From an uncultured Acidobacteriota bacterium (lineage in GTDB: Bacteria; Acidobacteriota; Vicinamibacteria; Vicinamibacterales; UBA8438): DNA of 64,000 bases. The translations under genes and the position numbers were made by a program. The stretch covers positions 256,001 to 320,000 of the forward strand of contig CAJWLU010000001.1 in NCBI GenBank assembly GCA_913043225.1, read 5' to 3'. This document shows, one piece after another, positions 1 through 8,888 of the stretch. Position 1 is the first letter of the stretch, and each line of letters starts with the position of its first letter. Under the pieces are notes generated by a model, which saw only the letters and a list, made by a program, of their open reading frames with translations, searched no databases and was not told the origin of the DNA.

Positions 1-310
1 TGCCGTTCTGCAGGGTGACTAGGACCGTATTCGACCGGAACAGCGACGGGAGTTGGTCGACGATCGGCACAATCTGATGCGCCTTCAGAGCCAGGAGCAC
101 GACATCCTGTGCGTCGAGGTCCGCGATCCGATCGGTTGCCGCAAGGGTCGCGACCTGCCGCTGGCCACCCTCGACCAGCACCATCCCGTTTGCCTTGATG
201 GCAGCCAGGTGCGGGCCACGCGCAATGGCCGACACCTCATGCCCGGCGTTGGCCAGCCGCACCGCCATATAGCCACCAATGGCCCCCGCCCCGACGACAC
301 ACACCTTCAT
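1..310 (-). CDS. panE: 2-dehydropantoate 2-reductase family protein (PanE/ApbA; possible oxalyl-CoA reductase PanE2), runs off window start
   Basis: Manual translation from ATG at 310: MKVCVVGAGAIGGYMAVRLANAGHEVSAIARGPHL...DVVLLALKAHQ...LVTLQNG. Rossmann GxGxxG plus the ketopantoate reductase LK and LQNG motifs; directly downstream of frc. Confidence 0.85.
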   Translation of the reverse strand, partial: MKVCVVGAGAIGGYMAVRLANAGHEVSAIARGPHLAAIKANGMVLVEGGQRQVATLAATDRIADLDAQDVVLLALKAHQIVPIVDQLPSLFRSNTVLVTLQNG

Positions 311-334
311 CTATCTGTATCCTTCGGCACCGCC

Positions 335-1579
335 CTACAGTGCGCCGTCTGTCTTCGCTGCCGCGATCGCCTTGTCGTCCATGCCGAGTACCTGCTTCAG
401 GACCTCATCGGTATGCTCGCCGAGCAGCGGTGACCGTCGCACCTCGACCGGTGAATCGGACAGCTTGATCGGGTTGCCAACCGTTAGATACGCCCCGCGC
501 GTAGGATGATCAACCTCCACCACAGTGCCCGTAGCGCGCAGCGACGGCTCCTCGGACAGCTCCTTCATGGAAAGCACCGGTCCGCACGGCACATTCAACG
601 GATTGAGAATCTCCATGGCCTCGAACTTCGTCTTCGTCATGGTCCACTGCTCGATCTCATCGAACATCTGATCGATCTTAGGGAGTCTGGCCTCGGCGGT
701 ATTCCACTCCGGGTCTCCGAGCCAGTCCTCGTGTCCGATCACCCTAGCCAGCCGGTCGAAGGCTGCGGCCTGCGCAATGACGTAGAGATAGGCGTCTGGG
801 TCAGTCTCCCAACCCTTGCACTTGACGATCCACCCAGGCTGTCCACCGCCGGATGCATTACCCGCACGCGGCGTGGCGACACCAAAGGTTCCATTCGGAT
901 ACTGGGGATATTCCTTGAGCGGTCCGTGGGTCAGCCGTTGCTGATCCCGAAGTTTGACGCGACACAGATTGAGCACCCCATCCTGCATCGCGCATTCGAC
1001 TCGCTGTCCTCTTCCGGTAGTCTCCCGCTGGAAGAGGGCCGTGACGATCCCCAGAGCCAGATGGAGACCGGTTCCAGAGTCGCCAATCTGCGCTCCGGTC
1101 ACCACCGGCGGCCCGCTAGGAAACCCGGTAGTACTGGCGCCGCCGCCCGTGCACTGCGCGACGTTCTCGTAGACCTTGCAGTCCTCGTACGGACCGGGGC
1201 CGAAGCCCTTCACCGAGGCGTAGATAATCCGCGGGTTTATTTCCTGGATCCGCTTCCAGGAGAAGCCCATCCGATCCAGCGCGCCGGGCGCGAAGTTCTC
1301 GACCAGCACATCACACGACTCGATCAGACGGGTAAAGATGCCCTTGCCGCACTCATCCTTCGTGTTGAGCGTGATGCTGCGCTTGTTGTGGTTCAGCATC
1401 GTGAAATAGAGGCTGTCCACATCAGGAATGTCACGAAGCTGGCCACGTGTCGCGTCACCCTTGCCCGGCCGCTCGACCTTAATTACGTCGGCACCAAACC
1501 AAGCGAGCAGCTGCGTGCAGGTCGGCCCCGACTGCACATGGGTCATGTCGAGGATGCGAACTCCGTCGAGCGCCTTCAT
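335..1579 (-). CDS. frc: formyl-CoA:oxalate CoA-transferase (class III CoA-transferase)
   Basis: [37 protein letters not shown], catalytic GDSGTG and GGGQPG loop; AAGGAG SD upstream of ATG 1579. Confidence 0.95.
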   Translation of the reverse strand: MKALDGVRILDMTHVQSGPTCTQLLAWFGADVIKVERPGKGDATRGQLRDIPDVDSLYFTMLNHNKRSITLNTKDECGKGIFTRLIESCDVLVENFAPGALDRMGFSWKRIQEINPRIIYASVKGFGPGPYEDCKVYENVAQCTGGGASTTGFPSGPPVVTGAQIGDSGTGLHLALGIVTALFQRETTGRGQRVECAMQDGVLNLCRVKLRDQQRLTHGPLKEYPQYPNGTFGVATPRAGNASGGGQPGWIVKCKGWETDPDAYLYVIAQAAAFDRLARVIGHEDWLGDPEWNTAEARLPKIDQMFDEIEQWTMTKTKFEAMEILNPLNVPCGPVLSMKELSEEPSLRATGTVVEVDHPTRGAYLTVGNPIKLSDSPVEVRRSPLLGEHTDEVLKQVLGMDDKAIAAAKTDGAL

Positions 1580-1913
1580 GGTCCTGAGTCTCCTTGGTCT
1601 GTCCCGGACACCCCGCCGCCGGGCCGCCGAGCACGACATTATGTCATCGCTGAGACGTCGGTGAATCTCGTTCAGGCCAACTAGAACACGGTAGGAGGCT
1701 ACTCATGACGAGCGCCGACCGCCCGCCTATGTGCACATCGCCTCGCCGGATGTCCACGTCGCCCACGCCGAGCAGTGCATCGTGATGGACGTCCACGGAC
1801 GAGACTTCGGTCTGCCCACCGGGCCGGTACTGAACACCGGTGGCCGAGCCCGAGGCCTGCTCAAAGAGGCCTTGGCCGTGCCTCGTGGCGACGAATAACG
1901 TAGCTCTCCTGAT

Positions 1914-3200
1914 CTATGGCCACGAGGCAGCCACCTCCTCCACCCGCCGTAGCGCACGGAGGAGGTTGCCGCCCCAGAGCTGGGCAATCTCAGCTTCGGA
2001 GTACCCTCGCCGGACCAGTTCGAGTGTGACATTGAAGCTCTCGCTCGCGTCGTCCCAACCCTCGACCCCGCCCCCGCCGTCGAAATCAGAGCTGATCCCG
2101 ACGTAATCGAGCCCGATCAACTGCACCGCGTAGTCAATGTGATCCACGAACGCGGCGACATCGGCACGCTGGAAGATCCGGTCGATCTCGCGTAGCTCGT
2201 GCTCGAACCTGGCGCGGTCACCCGACGACAGGGCGTCGAGGCCTCCGTCGTCCCGGGGGATAAGCCCGACCGATTCGCGCAAAGCGCTGATTGCGTCATC
2301 TCGAACCTCGGTGGCCTCACTGACGAAGGCGTCGAGCGCCACGGTCTGCATTACGCCATCGTTGTCTGCGAGCGCGCGCAACTGCTCGTCGTCGAGATTC
2401 CGGGGGTGGTCGACGAGCGCGCGGACGCTGGAATGTGACGCGATCACCGGGGCCTGGGAGAGCCGGGTGACCTCGAGCATGGCGGCCCGCGAGGCGTGCG
2501 ACACATCGACCATCATCCCGAGTCGGTTCAGCTCGCGGACAACCTCCTCGCCAAAGGCGCTCAGCCCACCGTGCTCGCTCGGCCGGTCGCCGAGCTCGGG
2601 CCGCGGATTCGCGGAGTCGGCGATGTCGTTGTGGCCGTTGTGAACCAGGCCGAAGTAGCGGGCGCCGAGGTCGTAGTAGGTCTCGGCGAGCGACAGATCC
2701 TGCCCGATGACATAGCCATTCTCGACCCCGATGGCAGCCACGAGGCGACCGGACTCCGCGATCCTGGCGAAGTCATCGGCTGCACGCGCGAGACCAATCC
2801 GTTCCGGATAGAGCTCGTCGGTCATGCGGTGGATGGCCTCGAACTTGGTTATCGCGTCCGCTCGCGCACGCGCGTAGTTCTCCGGTGTGCGCTCGGTCTG
2901 CGCCACGTAGACAACGAAGAACCCGGCATCGAGACCGCCCGCCTCCATCTTCGGCAAGTCGACCTGTCGAGCGCCACGAACACCGGGATCGACCTCGTCG
3001 GTAGCAAAGTTCAGCGGGATATCATCGTGGGTGTCGATGGTCAGCACGCGCTCGTGGATCTCACGCGCGCGGGTTTCGAGGTCGGCGGCAGGCTCGACAG
3101 ACCGTTCTCCCATCGCGACCGGCGGTTCCGCTGCGCACCCCGTGAAGACGCAAACCGCGACTAGCCCCAACCACACACGACACCTGGACCAACCTGTCAT
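1914..3200 (-). CDS. membrane dipeptidase (peptidase M19), probable lipoprotein
   Basis: IDTHDD, DVSH, ASHS, HPRNLDD and SSDFDG motifs; lipobox-like FTGC; GGAGGAG SD before ATG 3200. Confidence 0.9.
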   Translation of the reverse strand: MTGWSRCRVWLGLVAVCVFTGCAAEPPVAMGERSVEPAADLETRAREIHERVLTIDTHDDIPLNFATDEVDPGVRGARQVDLPKMEAGGLDAGFFVVYVAQTERTPENYARARADAITKFEAIHRMTDELYPERIGLARAADDFARIAESGRLVAAIGVENGYVIGQDLSLAETYYDLGARYFGLVHNGHNDIADSANPRPELGDRPSEHGGLSAFGEEVVRELNRLGMMVDVSHASRAAMLEVTRLSQAPVIASHSSVRALVDHPRNLDDEQLRALADNDGVMQTVALDAFVSEATEVRDDAISALRESVGLIPRDDGGLDALSSGDRARFEHELREIDRIFQRADVAAFVDHIDYAVQLIGLDYVGISSDFDGGGGVEGWDDASESFNVTLELVRRGYSEAEIAQLWGGNLLRALRRVEEVAASWP

Positions 3201-3256
3201 CGCTCCTCCCGTGGAACCGTATCCCGCCATTCTATGCGCCGTATACTGGTCGCCCG

Positions 3257-4414
3257 GTGGCCACCTGCCAGAGAACCCGCTTCCTGCTCCCCGATGAGGT
3301 GCACTACCTCAATTGCGCCTACATGGCGCCGCTGGCCGACACGGTCCGGGCGGCCGGGATCGCTGGCATCGACCGGCGAACTGCCCCGCACCTGATAACA
3401 CCGGCGGACTTCTTCGAGGAGAGCGACCGCGTCCGGGTGTTGTTCTCCCGGCTGGTCAATGTCTCCGACTCGAACCGTATCGCCCTGCTCCCGTCGGTCT
3501 CCTACGGACTTGCCATCGTGGCGCGGAACCTCCCGGTCACCCAAGGAGGCAACGTAGTGATTGTCGAGGAACAGTTCCCCAGCAATGTCTACGCTTGGCG
3601 AAGGCTGTGCGCGGAAGAGCAGCTGGAGCTGAGAACCGTCGCCGCACCCGACGAAGGCGCCAATAGCGGCCGTGGCGCGGCATGGAACACGAGAGTGCTG
3701 GCCGCCATCGATCGCCACACGACCCTGGTCGCGCTCCCCCACGTCCACTGGACCGATGGCACCAGATTCGACCTCGCTCGGATCGCTGAGCGCGCCAGGG
3801 AGTGCCGAGCCTGGGTCGCCGTCGACGGCACCCAGTCAGTCGGCGCCGTCCCCTTCGATGTCCGGGAAATTCAACCCGACGCACTGGTGTGCGCCGGTTA
3901 CAAGTGGCTGCTTGGTCCCTACTCGACCGCGCTGGCGTACTTTGGGCCGGCTCTCGACGGCGGCAGGCCGCTTGAGGAAAACTGGATCACTCGTCGAGAT
4001 AGCGGACAGTTCGCCGAACTCGTACACTATCGCGACGAATATCAGCCAGCATCCATTCGGTACGACGTCGGCGAACGGTCGAACTTCACCTTGCTCCCGA
4101 TGCTGGCCGCGGCGTTGAAACTGGTGCTGGAGTGGACGGCACCGGCGATCTCGGCCTATTGCCGGAATCTGACGGACCAAGTGGCACCCGCCCTCACAGA
4201 GCGCGGGTACTGGATGGAGTCCGCCCACTGGCGGGCGCCTCATCTACTCGGTCTCCACCTGCCGGCCGGCCTCGACCGCGACCGGCTGGAAGAACGTCTG
4301 CGCCGACGTCAGGTCTCGGTCTCGATGCGGGGCAACGCGATCCGGGTGGCCCCGCACCTCTACAACGACCGCGACGACATGGACGCGCTGGTGGACGCGC
4401 TGGTGGTGGACTAG
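3257..4414 (+). CDS. class V PLP-dependent aminotransferase (cysteine desulfurase/kynureninase-like)
   Basis: YLNCAYMAP, QFPSNVY, VDGTQSVG, GYKWLLGP (PLP lysine), RVAPHLYN. Confidence 0.9.
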   Translation: MATCQRTRFLLPDEVHYLNCAYMAPLADTVRAAGIAGIDRRTAPHLITPADFFEESDRVRVLFSRLVNVSDSNRIALLPSVSYGLAIVARNLPVTQGGNVVIVEEQFPSNVYAWRRLCAEEQLELRTVAAPDEGANSGRGAAWNTRVLAAIDRHTTLVALPHVHWTDGTRFDLARIAERARECRAWVAVDGTQSVGAVPFDVREIQPDALVCAGYKWLLGPYSTALAYFGPALDGGRPLEENWITRRDSGQFAELVHYRDEYQPASIRYDVGERSNFTLLPMLAAALKLVLEWTAPAISAYCRNLTDQVAPALTERGYWMESAHWRAPHLLGLHLPAGLDRDRLEERLRRRQVSVSMRGNAIRVAPHLYNDRDDMDALVDALVVD

Positions 4415-5268
4415 CGGCCGGGCCAGGCTTCCTCGACGACTCGCTCGAGCGGACGCGGCCGAGGCTCGACCCGATAGGCCTGGCGCCGGACCAGGTCATA
4501 GCGATCACCGGCCCCCAAGAAGTAAAAGCGACCACCCGAATCGAGCTGCCGCCGGTGGTCGTATATAGCGACATAGCTCTGCCCGATCACCTCAAACTGG
4601 TCGCCCTCGACGACGATCGCGGTATCTTCGTCGAGCCCGATGCCCAGCAAGGACGGATGCGCCTCGATCACCTCGATAAGATCGAACTGGCGGTTTCGTC
4701 GAAGTAGGTGCTGGTCGATGGCGGTCTCTCGAAGATAGCCGAACCCCTCGACGTGATCGCCCATCATGATGGTATTAGTGGCCGTGTCACCTCTAACCAA
4801 GTAGGAGCCGAGGATCGTGGCACCGGCCGAGGACCCACCAATGACGCCGCCTCGCTCGAGCACCGCATCCAGTTCTCGGTGCACGCGGGTTCCCAAATAC
4901 GCGTCGGCCAGACGCCACTGCCGCCCGCCAGAAAACCAGACCCCGCGGGCACGGCGAAGCGGCTCGACAAAGGCTGCCGAATCGGCTTCATCCCGGTCGG
5001 TGGTGTGCAGCACCGTCAGGTCGGTAGCCCCAGCCTCCCGAAACTGGCGCAGTCCGGGATAGTCCCGGTTGTAGCGCTCCGCACCGCCCGCGGTCGGGAT
5101 GACGACGATCGGCGCATCCTGACCGCCGGACAGTTCGATGAACCGTTCCAGAATGGTGGGGTCGCGCATGGCGCCGCCCACCAGGACGAGCGCACCACGA
5201 GCCGCCCCCCCCGGTTGCGCCCACGCTGGTGCCAGAGCGCAGCACAAGAGCGCGAGAAGCAGGCCCAT
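4411..5268 (-). CDS. exported cyanophycinase-like serine peptidase (S51)
   Basis: LVLVGG, IPTAG, SGGRQWRL, nucleophile GSSAG, IDQH and GIGLDEDT; signal peptide ending AWA-Q. Start chosen at ATG 5268. Confidence 0.85.
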   Translation of the reverse strand: MGLLLALLCCALAPAWAQPGGAARGALVLVGGAMRDPTILERFIELSGGQDAPIVVIPTAGGAERYNRDYPGLRQFREAGATDLTVLHTTDRDEADSAAFVEPLRRARGVWFSGGRQWRLADAYLGTRVHRELDAVLERGGVIGGSSAGATILGSYLVRGDTATNTIMMGDHVEGFGYLRETAIDQHLLRRNRQFDLIEVIEAHPSLLGIGLDEDTAIVVEGDQFEVIGQSYVAIYDHRRQLDSGGRFYFLGAGDRYDLVRRQAYRVEPRPRPLERVVEEAWPGR

Positions 5269-5417
5269 CAAAACGCGGCCTTCACGACCGATCGCAATTG
5301 TCAGTGAGATCAACTCAGGCGATTGTATCCCCACTCCCGCCGTGGCCTCAGATCTACTACAATGACGCGGCATTAGCGGTCCCTACCACCGCCATAGCCA
5401 CACCTGAGTCGTCATCC

Positions 5418-7103
5418 ATGCCCTCGCCTCGTGCATTCGTCGACGTTTTCTGTGTACTCATCGTCCTCCTGCCGATGGGCACGGGCACGCAGGCTCAGAG
5501 CCTACCCGACAGCCGCACGCTGCGTGTCGGCAGTCAGAATGATCTCGCTACCATCCGGGAAGCCAACGCCGCCATCGAGACGCTGCGCCGCGAGGGGAAC
5601 CTAACGCTGCGAGCGCGCACCGTCGACGCGCAAGTCGCCGGCAGAACCCATGAACGCCTCGTCCAACGCCATCGAGGGGTTCCGGTGTTCGGCGCCGAGA
5701 TCACCCGTCAAACCGACCAGGGCATGACCGTCTCGCTGTTCGGCACACTCTACGACCGACTCACCCTCGAAACCACGCCGTCGCTCTCCCCCACCGCGGC
5801 GGCACAGATCTTCGATGATCTCGCGGGCTCAGGTCGCCGCCTAACCGAGCCCCGGTTGCTCGTGCTCCCGGCCCGGGCTGCCGTTGGAGACAATCGACTG
5901 GTCTATGAGGCCAGGGTCTTCACCGGCGCTCGGCTGATGGCGTACTTCATCGATGCCGGAAGTGGCGAAGTGGTCTGGTCGTACAACGACCTGAAGACCC
6001 AACAGCCCACCCTTCCCTGCCAGCAGTGCACGGTCGGCGAGGGCCTGGGCGTCAAGGGCGACCGCAAGAAACTCAGCGTCACGACCGTCGGCGGCGCATT
6101 CTTGGCCCACGACCGGCTCCGCCCGGCCGATGTCTATACCTTCGACCTCCGCGGGGATTGGGTACGCACCCTCGCCGTGCTGAATGGAAGCACCCAGTTG
6201 TTCGATGCTGACCTAGCCGCTGACGCCGACAACGACTGGCTGGACGGCGCAAGTGTCGACGCCCATGTCGGCATGGGCTGGACCTATGACTATCTGTTCT
6301 CCCGATTCGAACGCCAGGGCCTGAACGCCGAGAACGTCCGGATGATCAGCCTGGTCCACCCGATCGACCGGTCGGACGTGTTTACAGCCCCGCCCGAGCT
6401 CGTCGGACTCTTCAACCTGAACGCGTTCTACTGCGGCCTCTGCGGCCCGGACGGTGTCGGAGTGGCGGTGTTCGGCGAGGGACTTCCGCCCAATCTCCTA
6501 CTGGACGGCAAACGCATCGGCTACTTCTCCGGCGCCCTCGATGTCGTCGCCCACGAACTGGCGCACGCCGTCACCGACTTCACCTCGGCGCTAATTCCGC
6601 TGAACGAATCCGGTGCGCTGAACGAGGCGTTCTCCGACATCATCGGGGTGGAGGTAGAACACTACGCCGAACCCTTCTTTCGGGACGGCGCCGGGCGGGC
6701 TGACTACCTACTAGGCGAAGACGTAATCGAACCGGGCGGCATCCGGTCACTACAGAATCCGCAGCAGTTCGGCGACCCAGACCACTACAACCTCCGCTTT
6801 CTGGGCCTCGACGACAACGGTGGCATCCACACCAACTCGCTGATCGCCACCCATGCCTATTACCTCGCGATCGAGGGAGGCACGAACCGCGTCTCGGGCC
6901 TTGACGTGACCGGGGTCGGCGCCGCGAACCGGGAACAGATGGAGCAGATCTTCTTCCGCGCGTTCACCCAGTTCCTGACGCCGCTGTCGAACTTCTCCGA
7001 CGCCAGGGCGGCGACTATCCAGGCGGCCCGCGATATCTATGGCCTCGGAAGCGCGCCCGAAGCGGCCGTCATTCAGGCCTGGGACGCGGTCGGGGTACAG
7101 TAG
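5418..7103 (+). CDS. secreted thermolysin-family (M4) metallopeptidase with FTP/PepSY propeptide
   Basis: VVAHELAH, GALNEAFSD, DNGGIHTNS, C-terminal AWDAVGV; signal peptide and propeptide motif QRHRGVPVFG. Confidence 0.93.
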   Translation: MPSPRAFVDVFCVLIVLLPMGTGTQAQSLPDSRTLRVGSQNDLATIREANAAIETLRREGNLTLRARTVDAQVAGRTHERLVQRHRGVPVFGAEITRQTDQGMTVSLFGTLYDRLTLETTPSLSPTAAAQIFDDLAGSGRRLTEPRLLVLPARAAVGDNRLVYEARVFTGARLMAYFIDAGSGEVVWSYNDLKTQQPTLPCQQCTVGEGLGVKGDRKKLSVTTVGGAFLAHDRLRPADVYTFDLRGDWVRTLAVLNGSTQLFDADLAADADNDWLDGASVDAHVGMGWTYDYLFSRFERQGLNAENVRMISLVHPIDRSDVFTAPPELVGLFNLNAFYCGLCGPDGVGVAVFGEGLPPNLLLDGKRIGYFSGALDVVAHELAHAVTDFTSALIPLNESGALNEAFSDIIGVEVEHYAEPFFRDGAGRADYLLGEDVIEPGGIRSLQNPQQFGDPDHYNLRFLGLDDNGGIHTNSLIATHAYYLAIEGGTNRVSGLDVTGVGAANREQMEQIFFRAFTQFLTPLSNFSDARAATIQAARDIYGLGSAPEAAVIQAWDAVGVQ

Positions 7104-7123
7104 CGTCAGAGCTGAAAAGCACG

Positions 7124-7945
7124 ATGCCGACACTTGTCAGAACCCTGCGATCGACCGCGCGGCTATTGTCTCTGAGCGTGCTGACGCTCTGTGTTGCGAT
7201 CACATTGCTGCCAGGGGTCGTCTACGCTCAGGGTCGGCCGACCGAACGGATCACGGCTCGCATCGAGAGCGGCTGGCGGCCAGCCTCGCGTACCTTCGCT
7301 GGCACCACCACGTTCGAGGCCTTCTCCGAGCTCGGCAGCTTCGAGGTCGACTACGAAATCCGGGAAGGGGTCGTGATCGACGGAGGTCTCTCTTTCCTGT
7401 TGTGGCGCAATCTGGCGGTAGGGCTGGATGTCTCCAGCTACGCCTCGATCAATTCGGCGCAACTGAACACCCAGCTTCCCCACCCGTTCTTCTTCGACCT
7501 ACCTCGAACGAGCAGCGGCGTCGCCGGGGGACTCCGGCGGGAGGAGCTGAGCGTGCACCTGCGGGCCCTCTGGATGACCGCGTTCTCCGACTGGCTGGTC
7601 GTCTCCTTCTCTGGCGGTCCCAGCCTAATCAACGCTAGGCAGGACTTGGTCTCCTCAGTACAGCACCGGGAAATCGGCTTCCCGTTTGGTGAGATCATCT
7701 TCGAGAAACACTCCCAGACCACCCAGTCGGAGAACGCGTTAGGCATCAACGCGGGTATCGACATCGATGTCTACGCGCTACACCACCTGCCCTTCTTCAG
7801 CGGGTTCGAAACAATGCGCCACCTCGGACTGGGCGTGCTGTTCCGCTACGTTAGCGGGTCCGCTGACCTGCAGGTGGGTGACTCGCCCGTGTCGGTTGAC
7901 CTCGGCGGTTTCCAGGTCACGACCGGCATCCGCTTCCGTTTCTAG
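7124..7945 (+). CDS. outer-membrane beta-barrel protein, function unknown
   Basis: Signal peptide (VYA-Q), alternating amphipathic strands, C-terminal TTGIRFRF beta-signal. Confidence 0.7.
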   Translation: MPTLVRTLRSTARLLSLSVLTLCVAITLLPGVVYAQGRPTERITARIESGWRPASRTFAGTTTFEAFSELGSFEVDYEIREGVVIDGGLSFLLWRNLAVGLDVSSYASINSAQLNTQLPHPFFFDLPRTSSGVAGGLRREELSVHLRALWMTAFSDWLVVSFSGGPSLINARQDLVSSVQHREIGFPFGEIIFEKHSQTTQSENALGINAGIDIDVYALHHLPFFSGFETMRHLGLGVLFRYVSGSADLQVGDSPVSVDLGGFQVTTGIRFRF

Positions 7946-7993
7946 GGAACAGCGGCGCCATTCCAGACCATTCGTGCCACGTTTCGGGTCGGT

Positions 7994-8878
7994 CTAGGGC
8001 AAGAGTTCCAGGAGAGAAAGCGGATCAACACGGGCACCGTTGAGGCGGACCGTCCAGTGGAGGTGCGGACCGGTCACGCGGCCGGTGGAGCCGGCCTTCC
8101 CGACGACCTGTCCCGGCTCGATGAGGGCACCCTCCTCGACCATGATCTCAGACAGGTGGGCAAAGTACGAGTACAAACCCCACCCATGGTCGAGGATCAC
8201 CGAACCGCCGGAAAAATAGGTGTCTCCGGTGAGCACCACGCGCCCATGGTTGGGCGCCGCGATCGGGGTGCCCTCACTGGCTCGAAAGTCGGCGCCACTA
8301 TGGGGGTTTCTGGGCTGACCGTTGAAGACGCTCCGGCTGCCGAAGGCACTTGTCGCCGCGCCGGGGACGGGTCGGGCCCAGGCGCCTCGCCAGAGCCGGT
8401 CTGGCGACGACGACACGAAGATCGCCTGCTGCTCCCTCGACTCACGCGCGATCCGCTCGGCCACCTCGGGCGGCGGCTCGACATACCTGGGAGCAACCCG
8501 CAGCTGACGGGTGGGGTACGACTTGTCGCCAACGCCGAGTCGGTGCAGCACCTCCACCGTCCGCCCTCCCGACACCGCGGTCACCAGCAGCTGGAGGTCG
8601 TACACGCCGGGCTCCACGTCGAGGTCCACGCCGACCAGGCCATGCCAATCTCCGCCGGATTCCCGATAGAACCCGACTCGCCGGTCAAAAATGCGTCCTT
8701 CCACCGCCGACAGCGGCTCGTCGGCAGCCACCCGAACCACGACCAGCTCGCCGGGCGCCACCTCGCGGGCGCGCTCGCTGACCCGCACGTCAACCCCCTG
8801 GGTTCGGACCGCCTGGAGGCCACCGGCGGTCATCAACACGACCGCGGCGAGCGCCCGCAGGTGTTGGCGTCCATGCAT
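7994..8878 (-). CDS. M23 family metallopeptidase
   Basis: HSGADF (HxxxD) and GPHLHW (HxH) motifs; signal peptide. Start uncertain (8878 or 8899). Confidence 0.9.
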   Translation of the reverse strand: MHGRQHLRALAAVVLMTAGGLQAVRTQGVDVRVSERAREVAPGELVVVRVAADEPLSAVEGRIFDRRVGFYRESGGDWHGLVGVDLDVEPGVYDLQLLVTAVSGGRTVEVLHRLGVGDKSYPTRQLRVAPRYVEPPPEVAERIARESREQQAIFVSSSPDRLWRGAWARPVPGAATSAFGSRSVFNGQPRNPHSGADFRASEGTPIAAPNHGRVVLTGDTYFSGGSVILDHGWGLYSYFAHLSEIMVEEGALIEPGQVVGKAGSTGRVTGPHLHWTVRLNGARVDPLSLLELLP

Positions 8879-8888
8879 CCGGTTGCCT

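Noticed and set aside
506..1684. Long antisense ORFs such as 506-1684, 21641-22726, 43466-44434, 51022-52221 and 54838-55944
   Set aside because: Shadow ORFs opposite well-supported genes in high-GC DNA, with no recognisable motifs.
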